A DNA stretch of 64,000 bases, taken from assembly GCA_030390025.1 (NCBI GenBank), contig CM059431.1, forward strand, positions 101,434,001-101,498,000, given 5' to 3'. Both the position numbers and the translations under genes were made by a program. Shown here piece after piece: positions 1 to 12,350 of the stretch. The notes below the pieces were generated by a model. That model worked only from the letters and a program-made list of their open reading frames with translations, was not told the DNA's origin and made no database searches. Position 1 is the first letter of the stretch. Each line of letters starts with the position of its first letter. Source of the DNA: Squalus acanthias. Its lineage: Eukaryota.

Positions 1-39
1 ACCTTTATCATGCTTGACTGTAGCACCTCCCAAACTCGT

Positions 40-400
40 ACCGTGGCTGCAGTGTGTACCATCTACAAGATGCACTGCAGCAACTCGCCAAGGCTTCTTC
101 GGCAGCACCTCCCAAACCCGCGACCTCTACCACCTAGAAGGACAAGGGCAGCAGGCGCATGGGAACGCCACCACCTCCAAGTCACACACCATCCTGACTT
201 GGAAATATATCGGCCGTTCCTTCATCGTCTCTGGGTCAAAATCCTGGAACTTCCTCCCCAACAGCACTGTGGAAGTACCTTCACCACGCGGACTGCAGTG
301 GTTCAAGAAGGCAGCTCACCACCACCTTCTCAAGGGCAATTAGGGATGGTCAATAAATGCTGACCTTGCCAGAGACACCCACCTTCCAAGCCCAAGAATG
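40..400 (+). mobile_element. 3' end of a CR1-group LINE (family with tail gggcaattagggatgggcaataaatgc)
   Basis: Same sequence as the 3' ends of 10840-11610 and 33340-34165. Confidence 0.85.
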
Positions 401-1099
401 ATTTTTTTTGAAATAGTAAGTGTCAAATTTCCCCCCACACTTTAGCTATTTCAACAAATCATCATTATGGATTATGCACAGAACACAATTTATGTGAAAG
501 GAAATTTGAAAAAAAACGATATTTTTACTGATACATTTACCTACTTTTCACTTATGTGCAATAAACCAAGAAATCTGAATTCGGGAGAGGGGAGATGTGC
601 AAAGGATATTTTTTTAGTGAAATAACATAAGCTAACTGACTCAACAGGTGAGTAATCAGGGTCAGTTTGCTGCTAAATGTTTTTGATCTGTTTCCTGTTT
701 TAACATTTCCAATACGAAGCTTCGGGGTCACTGTTTCCTCTTGTAACTATTTTTGATGTTTTACAGTTTTCATATATTCTTCACATCTCGTTAAAAGTCT
801 GTTCGAATGTCTTTTGAGCATGAAACATTATAATGTTTTCAGAAACATAATCAGCGCACTGTTTGTCATAAAGCCCGAGGCATTTATTTTCAGCAACTTA
901 AAGTGATGTAGTGTGAGGCAATGGAACATTTTCTTTTTTTACGCCTTGTGTTGCCATTAAGCTCTCTCTGGTCATGAACAACTCTCTCCATTCCATTCCA
1001 CCCCAACAATGTACCCTAACCCCAACCTCAGAACACCTCCTACAGTATGACATTTCCAGTCAGTGGCTAACAACATCTCCGAGCTTCAGTGAATCATAA

Positions 1100-1558
1100 A
1101 TAACAACAACTTGCATTTACATAGCGCTTTGAACGTAAGGAGATATTAGGACAGATGACCAAAAGCTTGGTCAAAGAGGTCAGTTTTAAGGAGTGTCTTT
1201 CAGGAGGAAAGAGCGGTAGAGAGGTTTAAAGGAAGGCAAGTCCAGGGCATAGGGCCTTGGCAGCTGAAGGCGCGGCCGCCAATAGCGGAGCGATTAAAAT
1301 CAGCAGTGGTCAAGAGGCCAGAATTGGAGGAGCGCAGAGATCTCGAAGGGTTGTAGGGTGGAGGAGGTTACAGAGATAGGGAGGGGCGAGGCCATGGAGG
1401 GATTTGAAAACAAGGATGAGGATTTTAAAATCGAGGCGTTGCCGGACCGGGAGCCAATGTAGGTCAGCGAGCACAGGGGTGATGGGTGAACGGGACTTGG
1501 TGCGAGTTAGGATACGGGCAGCAGAGTTTTGGATGCACTGAAGTTTGCAGAGGGTGCA
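1100..1558 (-). mobile_element. L2 LINE 3' fragment
   Basis: Reverse complement of the L2 3' region (TIGGRAFS motif; tail ...ataaatgcaagttgttgtt), matching other L2 copies in the window. Confidence 0.85.
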
Positions 1559-1669
1559 ATTCTATCAAAGTTTCAGAATGAGGAAGCAAGACAAGATACA
1601 AATCATTCTAGTTTATGCTGAAGACACAAATATAACTGAAGGGTAAAATGTTCAATAAATGATACATAC

Positions 1670-1789
1670 TGCAAATTTTCGGCTGCCGTATCTTCTTTCA
1701 AAAATTCTAAAATTGTAGATAAGAAGGCAACTGCAGAATAAGTCTTTCAGGTCGAGGCAAATAATCCGAGAAGAGATCATTCTCCATAT
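1670..1789 (-). CDS. UBAC2: UBAC2 coding exon 3 (IWRMISSRIICLDLKDLFCSCLLIYNFRIFERRYGSRKFA, 120 nt)
   Basis: Acceptor ctctttcag and donor GCA|GTATGT. The peptide carries the rhomboid-like WR and R-FERR-GSRKFA motifs and closely matches human UBAC2 as recalled (IWRLICGRIICLDLKDTFCSSLLIYNFRIFERRYGSRKFA). Confidence 0.97.
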
Positions 1790-1962
1790 CTGAAAGAGAT
1801 CAAAAATCACAAATTCAAAACGGTAACTGTATAAGAATAGGAGCACAGACAGAGTGTCTGTACAGATAACACCTGCTCCGTGTGATCATCTGCACTGGTT
1901 TCAATCGTCTGAGGGGGTCGGAGAGCAATTTTCCAAAATAATTGTTCCCTTATTGGCTCAAT

Positions 1963-2705
1963 GGGGGCGGGGGGGGAGGGAGGGAGGGAGGGGGAAGGGG
2001 GGNNNNNNNNNNNNNNNNNNNNNNNNNNNNNNNNNNNNNNNNNNNNNNNNNNNNNNNNNNNNNNNNNNNNNNNNNNNNNNNNNNNNNNNNNNNNNNNNNN
2101 NNNNNNNNNNNNNNNNNNNNNNNNNNNNNNNNNNNNNNNNNNNNNNNNNNNNNNNNNNNNNNNNNNNNNNNNNNNNNNNNNNNNNNNNNNNNNNNNNNNN
2201 NNNNNNNNNNNNNNNNNNNNNNNNNNNNNNNNNNNNNNNNNNNNNNNNNNNNNNNNNNNNNNNNNNNNNNNNNNNNNNNNNNNNNNNNNNNNNNNNNNNN
2301 NNNNNNNNNNNNNNNNNNNNNNNNNNNNNNNNNNNNNNNNNNNNNNNNNNNNNNNNNNNNNNNNNNNNNNNNNNNNNNNNNNNNNNNNNNNNNNNNNNNN
2401 NNNNNNNNNNNNNNNNNNNNNNNNNNNNNNNNNNNNNNNNNNNNNNNNNNNNNNNNNNNNNNNNNNNNNNNNNNNNNNNNNNNNNNNNNNNNNNNNNNNN
2501 NNGAGGGAGGGAGGGGGAGAAGAGGGAGGGAGGGGGAGAAGAGGGAGGGAGGGGGAGAAGAGGGAGGGAGGGGGAGAAGAGGGAGGGAGGGGGAGAAGAG
2601 GGAGGGAGGGGGAGAAGAGGGAGGGAGGGGGAGAAGAGGGAGGGAGGGGGAGAAGAGGGAGGGAGGGATGGGGGGGGAGGGAGGGGGAGGGAGGGAGGGG
2701 GAGGA
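1963..2705. repeat. Polypurine tandem repeat (gagggagggagggggagaa, 19-bp unit) flanking the gap
   Basis: About 8 units visible right of the gap and G/A-rich sequence left of it. Confidence 0.9.
2003..2502. other. Assembly gap (500 N)
   Basis: Run of N. Confidence 1.
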
Positions 2706-3320
2706 AGGGACAAAAGGTCCAGTCACGATGCTCCGGCCATTATGAGTGTGGGGCAGCCTTGATGGACCCGCTGGTCTTTTTCAGCCCGTCAGTTTTGTAT
2801 GTTATTCTACTTTTGTACTCAATTTTCCAGGTGAGAATCATTCACTTCACCAGGCAATACTTGGGGGATTTTCAAGGGTGTCTTTAATGTTCTCATCATT
2901 TGCCAATTATATTTTGGGAGAATTTTTATACTCATTCAAGTGACAGGTGTTGTTGCTGGTGAAAAGAACGCTTTTAATTTCAGCCACTCACTGCCAAGAT
3001 ATAGCACTGTTGGTTCCACAGAAAAGTTCCCTCTACTCTGCTCCAGCACCGTGCCCCAAAGTCCCAATCCAAATCTGTGAAGAGAACATCTGATTCCCGA
3101 AAATTGGGCTTTCGACACAAAATGGAATCTTCCTTATCACCCGTGACTCACAATTTTTATTTATTGACTTAAACTGTATAAAAACACTGGGCTATTTCTG
3201 CACAAAGTATTCCCTGCATATACCTGCCATACACCTGCTGGCTTGAGTTGGATGTTTCTCCTCGTACTTGTGATGAGAAATTTTTTAATCGGAACTTTCC
3301 ACCTGTTTGTCATAGGAACG

Positions 3321-3790
3321 GTGTCAGCCGTGGCTCAGTGGGTGGGACTTTCGCCCGAGTCAGAAGGTTGTGGGTTCAAGTCTCACTCCAGAGGCTTGAA
3401 CACATAATCCAGGCCGACAGTCCCAGTGCAGTGCTGAGGGAGCGCTGCACTGTCAGAGGTGCCGTCTTTCAGATGAGACGTTAAACCGAGGACCCGTCTC
3501 CCCTCTCAGGTGGTTGTAAAATATCCCACGGCACTATTTAGAAGAAGAGCAGGGGAGTTATCCCCAGTGTCCTGGGGCCAATATTTATCCCTCAACCAAC
3601 ATCACTAAAACAGATTATTTGGTCATTATCGCATTGCTGATTGTGGGAGCTTGCTGTGCACAAATTGGCTGCCGCGTTTCCTACATTACAGCAGTGACTA
3701 CACTTCAAAAAGTACTTCATTGGCTGTAAAGCGCTTTGGGGCGTCCTGTGGTGATGAAAGGCACTATACAAATGCAAGTTCTTTCTTTTT
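3321..3790 (+). mobile_element. SacSINE1/DeuSINE-like tRNA-derived SINE, full length
   Basis: tRNA-like head (gtcagccgtggctcagtgg...ggttcaagt), conserved central domain and L2-like tail aaggcactatacaaatgcaag. More than 10 copies in the window. Confidence 0.85.
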
Positions 3791-4024
3791 GTCATAGGGA
3801 CAGGAGGCCATTCAGGCCCTCGAGCCTGTTCCGCCATTCAATTAGATCACGGCTGATCTCGTCACGTAATATGTTGCAGTTTGAAAAGGCGTGTAGTACA
3901 AAATACAATTCGCATGAAGCAGCTCTCTTTCACACACACACAGAATGTGTTCACTGCAGTTAGACATCCCCAGCACAAGTTCCAGGGCCAGCTTCCAATT
4001 CAAGGCAGCAGGAGTACAGCAAGG

Positions 4025-5296
4025 TAAATAATGCTTGACTAATCTACTGGAATTTTTTGAGGATGTAACTGATAGAATGGATAAGGGACAACCAGTGGAT
4101 GTGGTGTATTTGGACTTTCAGAAGGCTTTCGATATGGTCCCGCATAAGAGATTAGTGTGCAAAGTTAAAGCACATGGGATTGGGGGTAAGGTACTGACTT
4201 GGATAGAAAACTGGTTGGCAGACAGGAAGCAAAGAGTTGGAATAAACGGGTCTTTTTCCGAGTGGCAGGCAGTGACTAGTGGGGTACCGCAGGGATCGGT
4301 GCTAGGACCCCAGTTATTCACAATATATATTAATGATCTAGACGAGGGAACTAGATGTAATATCTCCAAGTTTGCAGACGACACAAAGCTGGGTGGGCGT
4401 GTGTGCTGTGAGGAGGATGCAGAGAAACTCCAGTATGATTTGGACAGGTTGGGTGATATGGCAGATGCAGTATAATGTGGGTAAATGCGAGGTTATCCAC
4501 TTTGGTGGCAAAAACAGGAAGGCAGATTATTATCTGAACGGCAACAGATTGGGAAAAGGGGAAGTGCAACGAGACCTGGGTGTCCTTGTGCACCAGTCGC
4601 TGAAGGTAAGCATGCAGGTGCAGCAGGCAGTTAGGAAGGCAAATGGTATGTTGGCCTTCATAGCGAGAGGATTCGAGTACAGGAGCAAGGATGTCTTGCT
4701 GCAATTGTGCAGGGCCTTGGTGAGACCACACCTTGAGTATTGTGTGCAGTTTTGGTCGCCTTATCTGAGGAAGGATGTTCTTGCCATGAAGGAAGTGCAG
4801 CGAAGATTCACCAGACTGATACCTGGGATGGCAGGAATGACGTATGAAGAGAGATTGGGTCGATTGGGCTTGTATTCGCTAGAGTTTAGAAGAATGAGAG
4901 GGGATCTCATTGAAACTTATAAAATTCTAACAGGACTAGACAGACTAGATGCAGGAAGGTTGTTCCCGATGGCGGGGGAGTCCAGAACCAGGGGTCACAG
5001 TCTAAGGATAAGGGGTAAGCCATTTAGGACTGAGATGAGGAGGAATTTCTTCACCCAGAGAGTGGTGAACCTGTGGAATTCTCTACCACAAAAGGCAGTA
5101 GAGGCCAATTCATTAAATATATTCAAGAAGGAGTTAGATATATTTCTTAAGGCTAAAGGGATCAAGGGATATGGGGAGAAAGCAGGGACAGGGTACTGAA
5201 TTCGGATGATCAGCCATGATCTCATTGAATGGCGGAACAGGCTCGAGGGGCCGAATGGCCTACTCCTGCTCCTATCTTCTATGTTTCTATGTTATG
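4025..5296 (+). mobile_element. CR1 LINE, 5'-truncated (RT region and 3' UTR)
   Basis: ORFs with [28 protein letters not shown] and [15 protein letters not shown]; microsatellite tail tctatgtt. Confidence 0.95.
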
Positions 5297-5471
5297 TCGG
5301 GAATACTTGGTGCAGAAATGCCTCGCATGAAATAACCAAATTTTATGGACAAGTTCAGCGGGTTTTTTCCCCTTTCAGAATTGTTTCAATTGTTCGTGTT
5401 TGTTGTGTTGTTCACTGGCCTGAGTGAAGAAAGAAAATAGTGGCCAAAAACAGTGTGGAAAAAAAGATAAT

Positions 5472-6236
5472 GGCCCGTATTTTCCGATCCCTACGGGTGT
5501 GTACGAGCTGTGTACACACCCGTAGGGACCTCGCAAGTGCCGGTTTCAGGCATGCGAAGTGCACGCGCTGAAAACCAGCACTTCCGATCTGTCAAGAATC
5601 CTCTTGACAGATTGGACGCCTGCCCTGGAGAAGGGCCTCTGCGGGCGGGGGGGGGAGAGTTCTGCTTTCACCTCCGCCCGCTGAAATCACTTAAAAATCT
5701 TACGCCTGGTAAAAGCAGGAGTAAGACCTGCTTTTACCAGCATAAGAGTTTTAAAAAGTTTTAAAAAACAATTTTTTTCACTCATTTATAATTTTTAAAT
5801 ACTTTTTAAAAAAAAGGTACGTTTACTTTTAGCCCCGTAAAAAACTTTAATTTTTTTTCCAAAAATTACATTTTTGTTTAAAATATTTAATTTAATGTAA
5901 TTTTAACTAATTTTAAAAATGTGATTTATTTTTAAATTTATTCCATGTTTTGATGTGTTTTTGGAGTGATTTCCATTCATACTTTTGACAGGTCTAAGCT
6001 GTCAAAAGTATGCAGGGAGATTCCCTTCTCCCATTGGTTCCCCATGTCCCACGTGATCCCAGGGACGCTTGCGAACCGCCTGCGCCCCCGGGATGCCTGG
6101 GCCTCTGCGCATTTCATCATGGAGAGGCCCAGGAGCGGAAATGGCCGGACCTCGGGAACCCTCAGGTAAGGGCGTAGATTTTTTCCAGATCGGAGGCCTT
6201 CACATGCAGGAAGCCTCCGATCGGAAAATACAGGCC
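5472..6236. mobile_element. Non-autonomous DNA transposon (MITE), PIF/Harbinger-like
   Basis: TIRs ggcccgtattttccgatc / gatcggaaaatacaggcc (1 mismatch), flanks AAT/ATT, internal hairpins, no transposase ORF. Confidence 0.8.
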
Positions 6237-6664
6237 ATTATTTTGGTGTAAATTGGTCTGTCTTGGGACAGTTGCTGGTTGTAGATGTGGAAACAAATTG
6301 GGGAAATTGGTGGGGTAGTTTTATGGTACTCATTGCTGATTGGAATCTCCCCCAGCTGTCTCATGACAGCTTTGGATCGCTTTGCTTTTAGCCAGTGCGA
6401 TACTTGAGCCGATCAGTATGGTTAACTTACCAGATACTGGTTATTTGACATACATAGAGGTTACAGCACAGAAACAGGCCATTCAGCCCACGAAAAATGG
6501 ACAAAGTAAACTGTGGAAATTATTTTAATGCGTTGATAAAATACCACTGGGAATAACTGCTAACAATGACGAACACAAAACCTTCGGTATAACTGAGGAA
6601 CTGGATCGACATTTCTGGTAATGAAAGTAACCTTGACCTATTTTAGTTTTGAACCAGCCTATTA

Positions 6665-6962
6665 ACAACCGCAACAACTTGCATTTATACAGCGCCTTTA
6701 ACGTAGTAAAACGTCCCAAGGTGCTTCACAGGAGCGATTATCAAACAAAATTTGACACCGAACCACATAAGGAGATATTAGGACAGGTGACCAACAGCTT
6801 GGTCAAACAGGTAGGTTTTAAGGAGCATCTTAAAGGAGGAGAGAGGTAGCGAGGCAGAGAGGTTTTGGGAGGAAATTCCAGAGCTTAGGGCCGAGGCAGC
6901 TGAAGGCACGGCCACCAATGGTGGGGTGAAGGAAATCGGGGATGCGCAAGAGGTCAGAATTG
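6665..6962 (-). mobile_element. L2 LINE 3' fragment
   Basis: Minus-strand PTIGGRAFSCLGPKLWN and L2 tail. Confidence 0.85.
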
Positions 6963-7517
6963 GATAGAATTACATAGAATGTACAGCACTGAAACAGGCC
7001 ATTGGGCCCAACGATGTTGGTGTTTATGCTCCACACTAGCGTCCTCCCACTCTTATTTACTTCATCTCACCCCTTCCACAAAAAAAATAATTTTTGACCC
7101 AATCACGGCATTTAAAAAAAAATTATTTGAAGCGTGAAGCTTTTCAGGTATCGCTCCACCGAGGCCACACATTCATGAGTTGTGCATTTGAGGGATATGC
7201 TGATAGGGTGAGATGAAGAGGGGTGGGAGGAGGCTCGTGTGGAGCAGAAACCAGTTGGGCCGAATGACCTGTTTCTGTGCTGTTCATTCTGTGTTTGAGA
7301 CGCGCACTAGGCATGAGAATTCAAATTATCTATGTAGGCTTTGCTGAAATTTGTAGTTATTTCCTTCTCTCCTCAGGCTCCACACCCCACACCAATCATT
7401 GGATAACAACGGTGAGCAAGCGACCTTTGTAACTCATCACTAAGAGTCCAGCCACGTCTTTACACTCCCTCTTTCACGTTAGGGAAACAATTCAACCAGA
7501 TACCCAGCCAAGATTGG

Positions 7518-7810
7518 GGAAACATAGAAACATAGAAACATAGAATCTAGGAGCAGGAGTAGGCCATTCGGCCCGTCGAGCCTGCTCCACCATTCAATAC
7601 GATCATGGCTGATCATCCAAATCCAGTACCCTGTCCCTGCTTTAATCCCCACAGTACACATATCCCACCCTACCCCCGTAACCCCACGTATTTAATTCCC
7701 CCTAACATATCCCATCCTATCCCCATAACCCCACATATTTAATCCCCCCCCTAACACTAAGGGTCAATTTATCACAGCCAAATCAACCTAACCCGCACAT
7801 TTTTGGACTT
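7518..7810 (-). mobile_element. HE1-like SINE fragment with CR1(HER1)-type tail and an internal ~47-bp duplication
   Basis: The segment aatttatcacagccaaatcaacctaacccgcacatttttggact resembles the elasmobranch HE1 SINE body as I recall it, joined to the CR1 tail (aaacatag repeats). Confidence 0.65.
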
Positions 7811-7999
7811 TGTTTTAATTTTTAACGTGAGTAAAAATTGAAGAATTGAGGCTTGTTCTTATCAAAAACGATGACCTATGTTTCCAAACTTCTGAAAAAG
7901 ATGAAGTTGATTCAGACAGATTGATCTCACTGACAAAGGTTTCAAATACTAGGGATCTTAAGTCATTTTGACGGTTAGGAGTAAATGGGGAAATTTGAC

Positions 8000-9720
8000 A
8001 GTGTATTTATAAAGCACCTTTAACGTAGTAAAACGTCCCAAGGTGCTTCACAGGAGTATTATAAGACAAAAAATTTGACACTGAGCCACATAAGGAAAAA
8101 TTAGGGCAGCTGACCAAAAGCTTGGTCAAAGAGGTAGGTTTTAAGGAGCATCTTAAAGGAGGAAAGAGAGGTAGAGAGACGGGGAGGTTTAGGCAGGAAT
8201 TCCAGAGCTTAGGGCCCAGGCAACAGAAGGCATGACCACCAATGGTTGAGCGATTATAATCAAGGATGCTCAAGAGGGCAGAATTAGAGGAGCGCAGATA
8301 TCTCGGGGGGGTTGTGGGGCTGAAGGAGATTACAGAGATAGAGAGGGGCGAGTCTATGGAGGGATTTGAAAACAAGGATGAGAATTTTGAAATCGAGGCG
8401 TTGCTTAACCAGGAGCCAACGAAGGTCAGCGAGCACAGGGGTGATGGGTGAACGGGACTTGGTGCGAGTTAGGACATGGGCAGCCGAGTTTTGGATGACC
8501 TCAAGTTTACGTAGGGTGGAATGTGGGAGGTCAGCCAGGAGTGCGTTGGAATAGTCAAGTCTAGAGGTAACAAAGGCATGGATGAGGGTTTCAGCAGCGG
8601 ATGAGCTGAGGCAAGGGTGGAGACAGGTGATGTTATGGAGGTGGAAATAGGCAGGTCTTAGTTATGCTGCAGATATGTGGTCAAAAGCTCATTTCAAGGT
8701 CAAATATGACACCAAGGTTGTGAACAGTGTGGTTAAGCCTCAGACAGATGTTCAGGAGAGGGATGCAGTCAGTGGCTGGGGAACGGAGTTTGTGGCGGGG
8801 ACCAAAAACAATGGCTTCGGTCTTCCCAATATTTAATTGGAGAAAATTTCTGGCTCATCCAGAACTGTATGTCAGACAAGCAGTCTGACAATTTAGAGAC
8901 CGTGGAGGGGTCGAGAGAAGTGGTAGTGAGGTAGAGCTGGGTGTCATCAGCATACATGTGGAAACTGACGCTGTGTTTTCGGATGATGTCGCCAAGGGAC
9001 AATATGTAGATGAGAAGTAGGAGGGAGCGAAGGATAGATCCTTGGGGGACACCAAAGGTAACGATGCGGGAGTGAGAAGAGAAGCCGTTGCAGGTGATTC
9101 TCTGACTACAATTAGATAGATAAGAATGGTACCAGGCGAGTGCAGTCCCACCCAGCTGGACGACGGTGGAGAGGCGTTGGAGAAGGATGGAGTGATCAAC
9201 CATGTCAAAGGCTGCAGACAAGTCAAGACGGACGAGGAAGGATAGTTTACCTTTGTCACAGTCACAAAGGATGTCATTTGTGACTTTGATGAGAGCCGTT
9301 TCGATTCTGTGGCAAGGGCGGAAACCTGATTGGAGGGATTCAAACATGGAATTGCGGGAAAGATGCACACGGATTTGGGAGGGGACAACACGTTCAAGAA
9401 GTTTGGAGAGGAAAGGGAGGTTGTAAGGACGGAGGGGTCAAGGGTTGGTTTTTTGATGAGAGGGGTGATGACGGCAGATTTGAGGGAGAGGGAGACAGTA
9501 CCCGAGGAGAGAGAACCGTTAACAATGTCAGCTAACATGGGAGCCAGAAAAGGAAGTTGGGTGGTCAGCAGTTTGGTGGGAATAGGATTGAGGGAGCAGG
9601 ATGTAGGTCTCATGGACAAGATGAGCACGGAGAGGCCATGAGGGGAGATCGGAGAGAAACTGAAGAAAGATGCGAGTTCAGGGCTAGGGTAGGGGGGGAA
9701 CCTTAGAGAAAGTTTGGCTG
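8000..9720 (-). mobile_element. L2 LINE, ~1.7-kb 5'-truncated copy with RT remnant
   Basis: ORF 8769-9368: QSGFR...ETAL...LDLSAAFD...GVPQGSIL...YADDTQLY, a typical L2 RT. L2 3' tail near 8000. Confidence 0.95.
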
Positions 9721-10241
9721 TGGAAGGATATACTTGCCTTTAAGGTGGTGCAACGAAGGTTCACTTGATTAACTCCTAGGATGAGAGGAATGTCCTATGA
9801 AGAGAGACTGAGTGAATTGGGCCTATACTCTCTGGAGTTTAGAAGAATGAGGGGTGATCTCATTGAAACATGTAAGATTCTGAGGGGGATTGACAGGGTA
9901 GATGCTGAGAGGTTGTTTCCCCTGGCTGGAGAGTCTAGAACTAGGGGGCATAGGCTCAGGATAAGGAGTCGGCCATTTAAGACTGAGATGAGGAGGAATT
10001 TCTTCACTCAGAGGGTTGTGAATCTTTGGAATTCTCTGCCCCAAAGGGCTGTGGATGCTCAGTCATTGAGTATATTCAAGGCTGAGATAGATAGATTTTT
10101 GGACTCTAGGGGAATCAAAGGATATGGTGAGCAGGTGGGAAAGTGGAATTGAGGTTGAAGATCAGCCATGATCTTATTGAATGGCGGGGCAGGCTCGAGG
10201 GGCCGTATGGCCTACTCCTGCTCCTAATTCTTCTGTTCTTA
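9721..10241 (+). mobile_element. CR1 LINE 3' fragment
   Basis: YEERL...SLEFRRMRGDLIE...FFTQRVVNLWNSLP. Confidence 0.9.
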
Positions 10242-10299
10242 GGCCAAGCACGACATAACCAAATTATTTATTTTTGGCTACATTTAGTTATACTGTAGT

Positions 10300-10712
10300 A
10301 AGAAAGACTTGCATTTATATAGCGTCTTTCACGACTTCAGGACGTCCCAAAGTGCTTTACTGCCAATGAAGTATTTTTGAAGTATAATCACTGCTGTAAT
10401 ATAGGAAACAGAGCAGCTAATTTGTGCACAGGAAGCTCCCACAAACAGCAATGGGATAATCTGTTTTAGTGATGTTGGTTGAGGGATAAATATTGGCCAG
10501 GACGCTGGGTAGAACTTCCCTGCTCTTCTTTGAAATAGTGTCACGGGATCTTTTACATCTATCTGAGAGGGCAGACCGGGCCTTGGTTTGCTGCCTCATC
10601 CGAGAGATGGCACCTCCGACAATGCAGCACTCCCTCAGTACTGCACGAGGAGTGTCAGCGTAGATTATGCACTCAAGTGTCTGGAGTGGGACTTTAACCA
10701 TCGACCTTCTAA
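10300..10712 (-). mobile_element. SacSINE1-like SINE
   Basis: Reverse complement of 3321-3790. Confidence 0.85.
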
Positions 10713-10839
10713 CTAAACAACAATAACTTGCATTTATATAGCTCCTTTAATGTAGGAAAATGTCCTTAGGTGCTTCACAAGAGCTTTATCAGACAAAAAA
10801 TAACAAAATTACAAAAAAGTAATGTGTCATCAGCCTGTC

Positions 10840-11610
10840 CATGGGCTGATAAGTGGCAGGTAACATTCGCGCCACACAAGTGCCAGGCAATGACTATCTC
10901 CAACAAGCGAGAGTCTAACCACCGCCCCATGACATTCAACGGCATTACCATCGCCGAATCCCCCACCATCAACATCCTGGGGGTCACCATTGACCAGAAA
11001 CTAGAGCAGGTCAGAGGCTAGGTATTCTGCGGCGAGTGTCTCACCTCCTGACTCTCCAAAGCCTTTCAACCATCTACAAGGCACAAGTAAGGAGTGTGAT
11101 GGAATACTCTCCACTTGCCTGGATGAGTGCAGCTCCAACAACACTCAAGAAGTTCGACATCATCAAAGACAAAGCAGCCGGCTTGATTGGCACCCCATCC
11201 ACCACCTTAAACATTAATTCCTCCACCACAGGCGCACCGTGGCTGCAGTGTGTACCATCTACAAGATGCACTGCAGCAACTCGCCAAGGCTTCTTTGGCA
11301 GCACCTCCCAAACCCGCGACCTCCACCACCTAGAAGGACAAGGGCAGCAGGCGCATGGGAACACCACCACCTGCAAGTTCCCCTCCCAGTCACACACACC
11401 ATCCTGACTTGGAAATATATCGGCCGTTCCTTCATCGTCGCTGGGTCAAAATCCTGGAACTCCCTCCCTAACAGCACTGTGGGAGTACCTTCACCACACG
11501 GACTACAGCGGTTCAAGGCAGCGGCTCAGCACCACCTTCTTGAGGGCAATTAGGGATGGGCAATAAATGCCGGCCTTGCCAGCGACGCCCACATCCCAGG
11601 AATTAATACA
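10840..11610 (+). mobile_element. CR1-group LINE 3' fragment (clade uncertain)
   Basis: WADKWQVTFAPHKCQAM...LGVTIDQKL...IYKAQVRSVMEYSPLAW, a C-terminal RT/thumb-like region. Confidence 0.85.
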
Positions 11611-12350
11611 TTTTTTTTTAAAAGATATATAGTTGGATCCCAAGGCTCCTCATACTGCCTTAACGCCACAGTGTCGTTCAACATGCTCCAATTTGGTTTT
11701 TTAAATCAATCCTTTTTAGTAGCTTGTACATAAGACAGTAAATACACATGATTGAGTTACGGGTTGTATTCCACTTTTAGGGTTTGATGATCAAAAAATT
11801 TGCATGTTATGCTGCAAGTTAAATATCTCATACTTTCCCTTGGAGTGTATGCTGTGAATTGCAAGCCTGAAGTGACACTTTGGCAGGATGTCACAGCTTT
11901 GAGGGAGGCTGTTTATCTCACGTTAAGTGACAAAGACTGAGCGTGATAAGAGTACAAACACTTATTTTCACCTTTTATAGTTAAAATTTTTTATTTCAGC
12001 ATCAATCATAAGGCTTTCTAACTGAAGTCAGTCATCATGTTTCAACAGCATTTTTGCTAAATGATTACTTTTGAATAATTTATTAAATAATTATTTGTAT
12101 TTTTAACAAATGAAAGTACATTCATATTCAACATTTCAGAGAACCATAGAATGACACAGCACAGAAGCAGGCCATTCGGCCCTTCGTGTCTGTGCCGGCT
12201 CTTTGAAAGAGCTGTCCAATTAGTCCCGCTCCCTGCTCTTTCCCCATAGCAAATGTTTACTTTTCAAGTATTTATCCAATTCCCTTTTGAAAGTTATTAC
12301 CAAATCTTCCCTTTCAGGCAGTGCATTCCCGATCACAGCAACTCGCAGCG

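Noticed and set aside
1..1669. UBAC2 exon 4 or nested GPR18/GPR183
   Set aside because: No matching peptide or 7TM ORF seen; these probably lie beyond the left edge.
1854..2887. ORFs spanning the N gap
   Set aside because: Artefacts of the N-run and a polypurine repeat.
3321..3400. tRNA genes at SINE heads
   Set aside because: The A/B boxes belong to SINEs with attached bodies and tails; no standalone cloverleaf.
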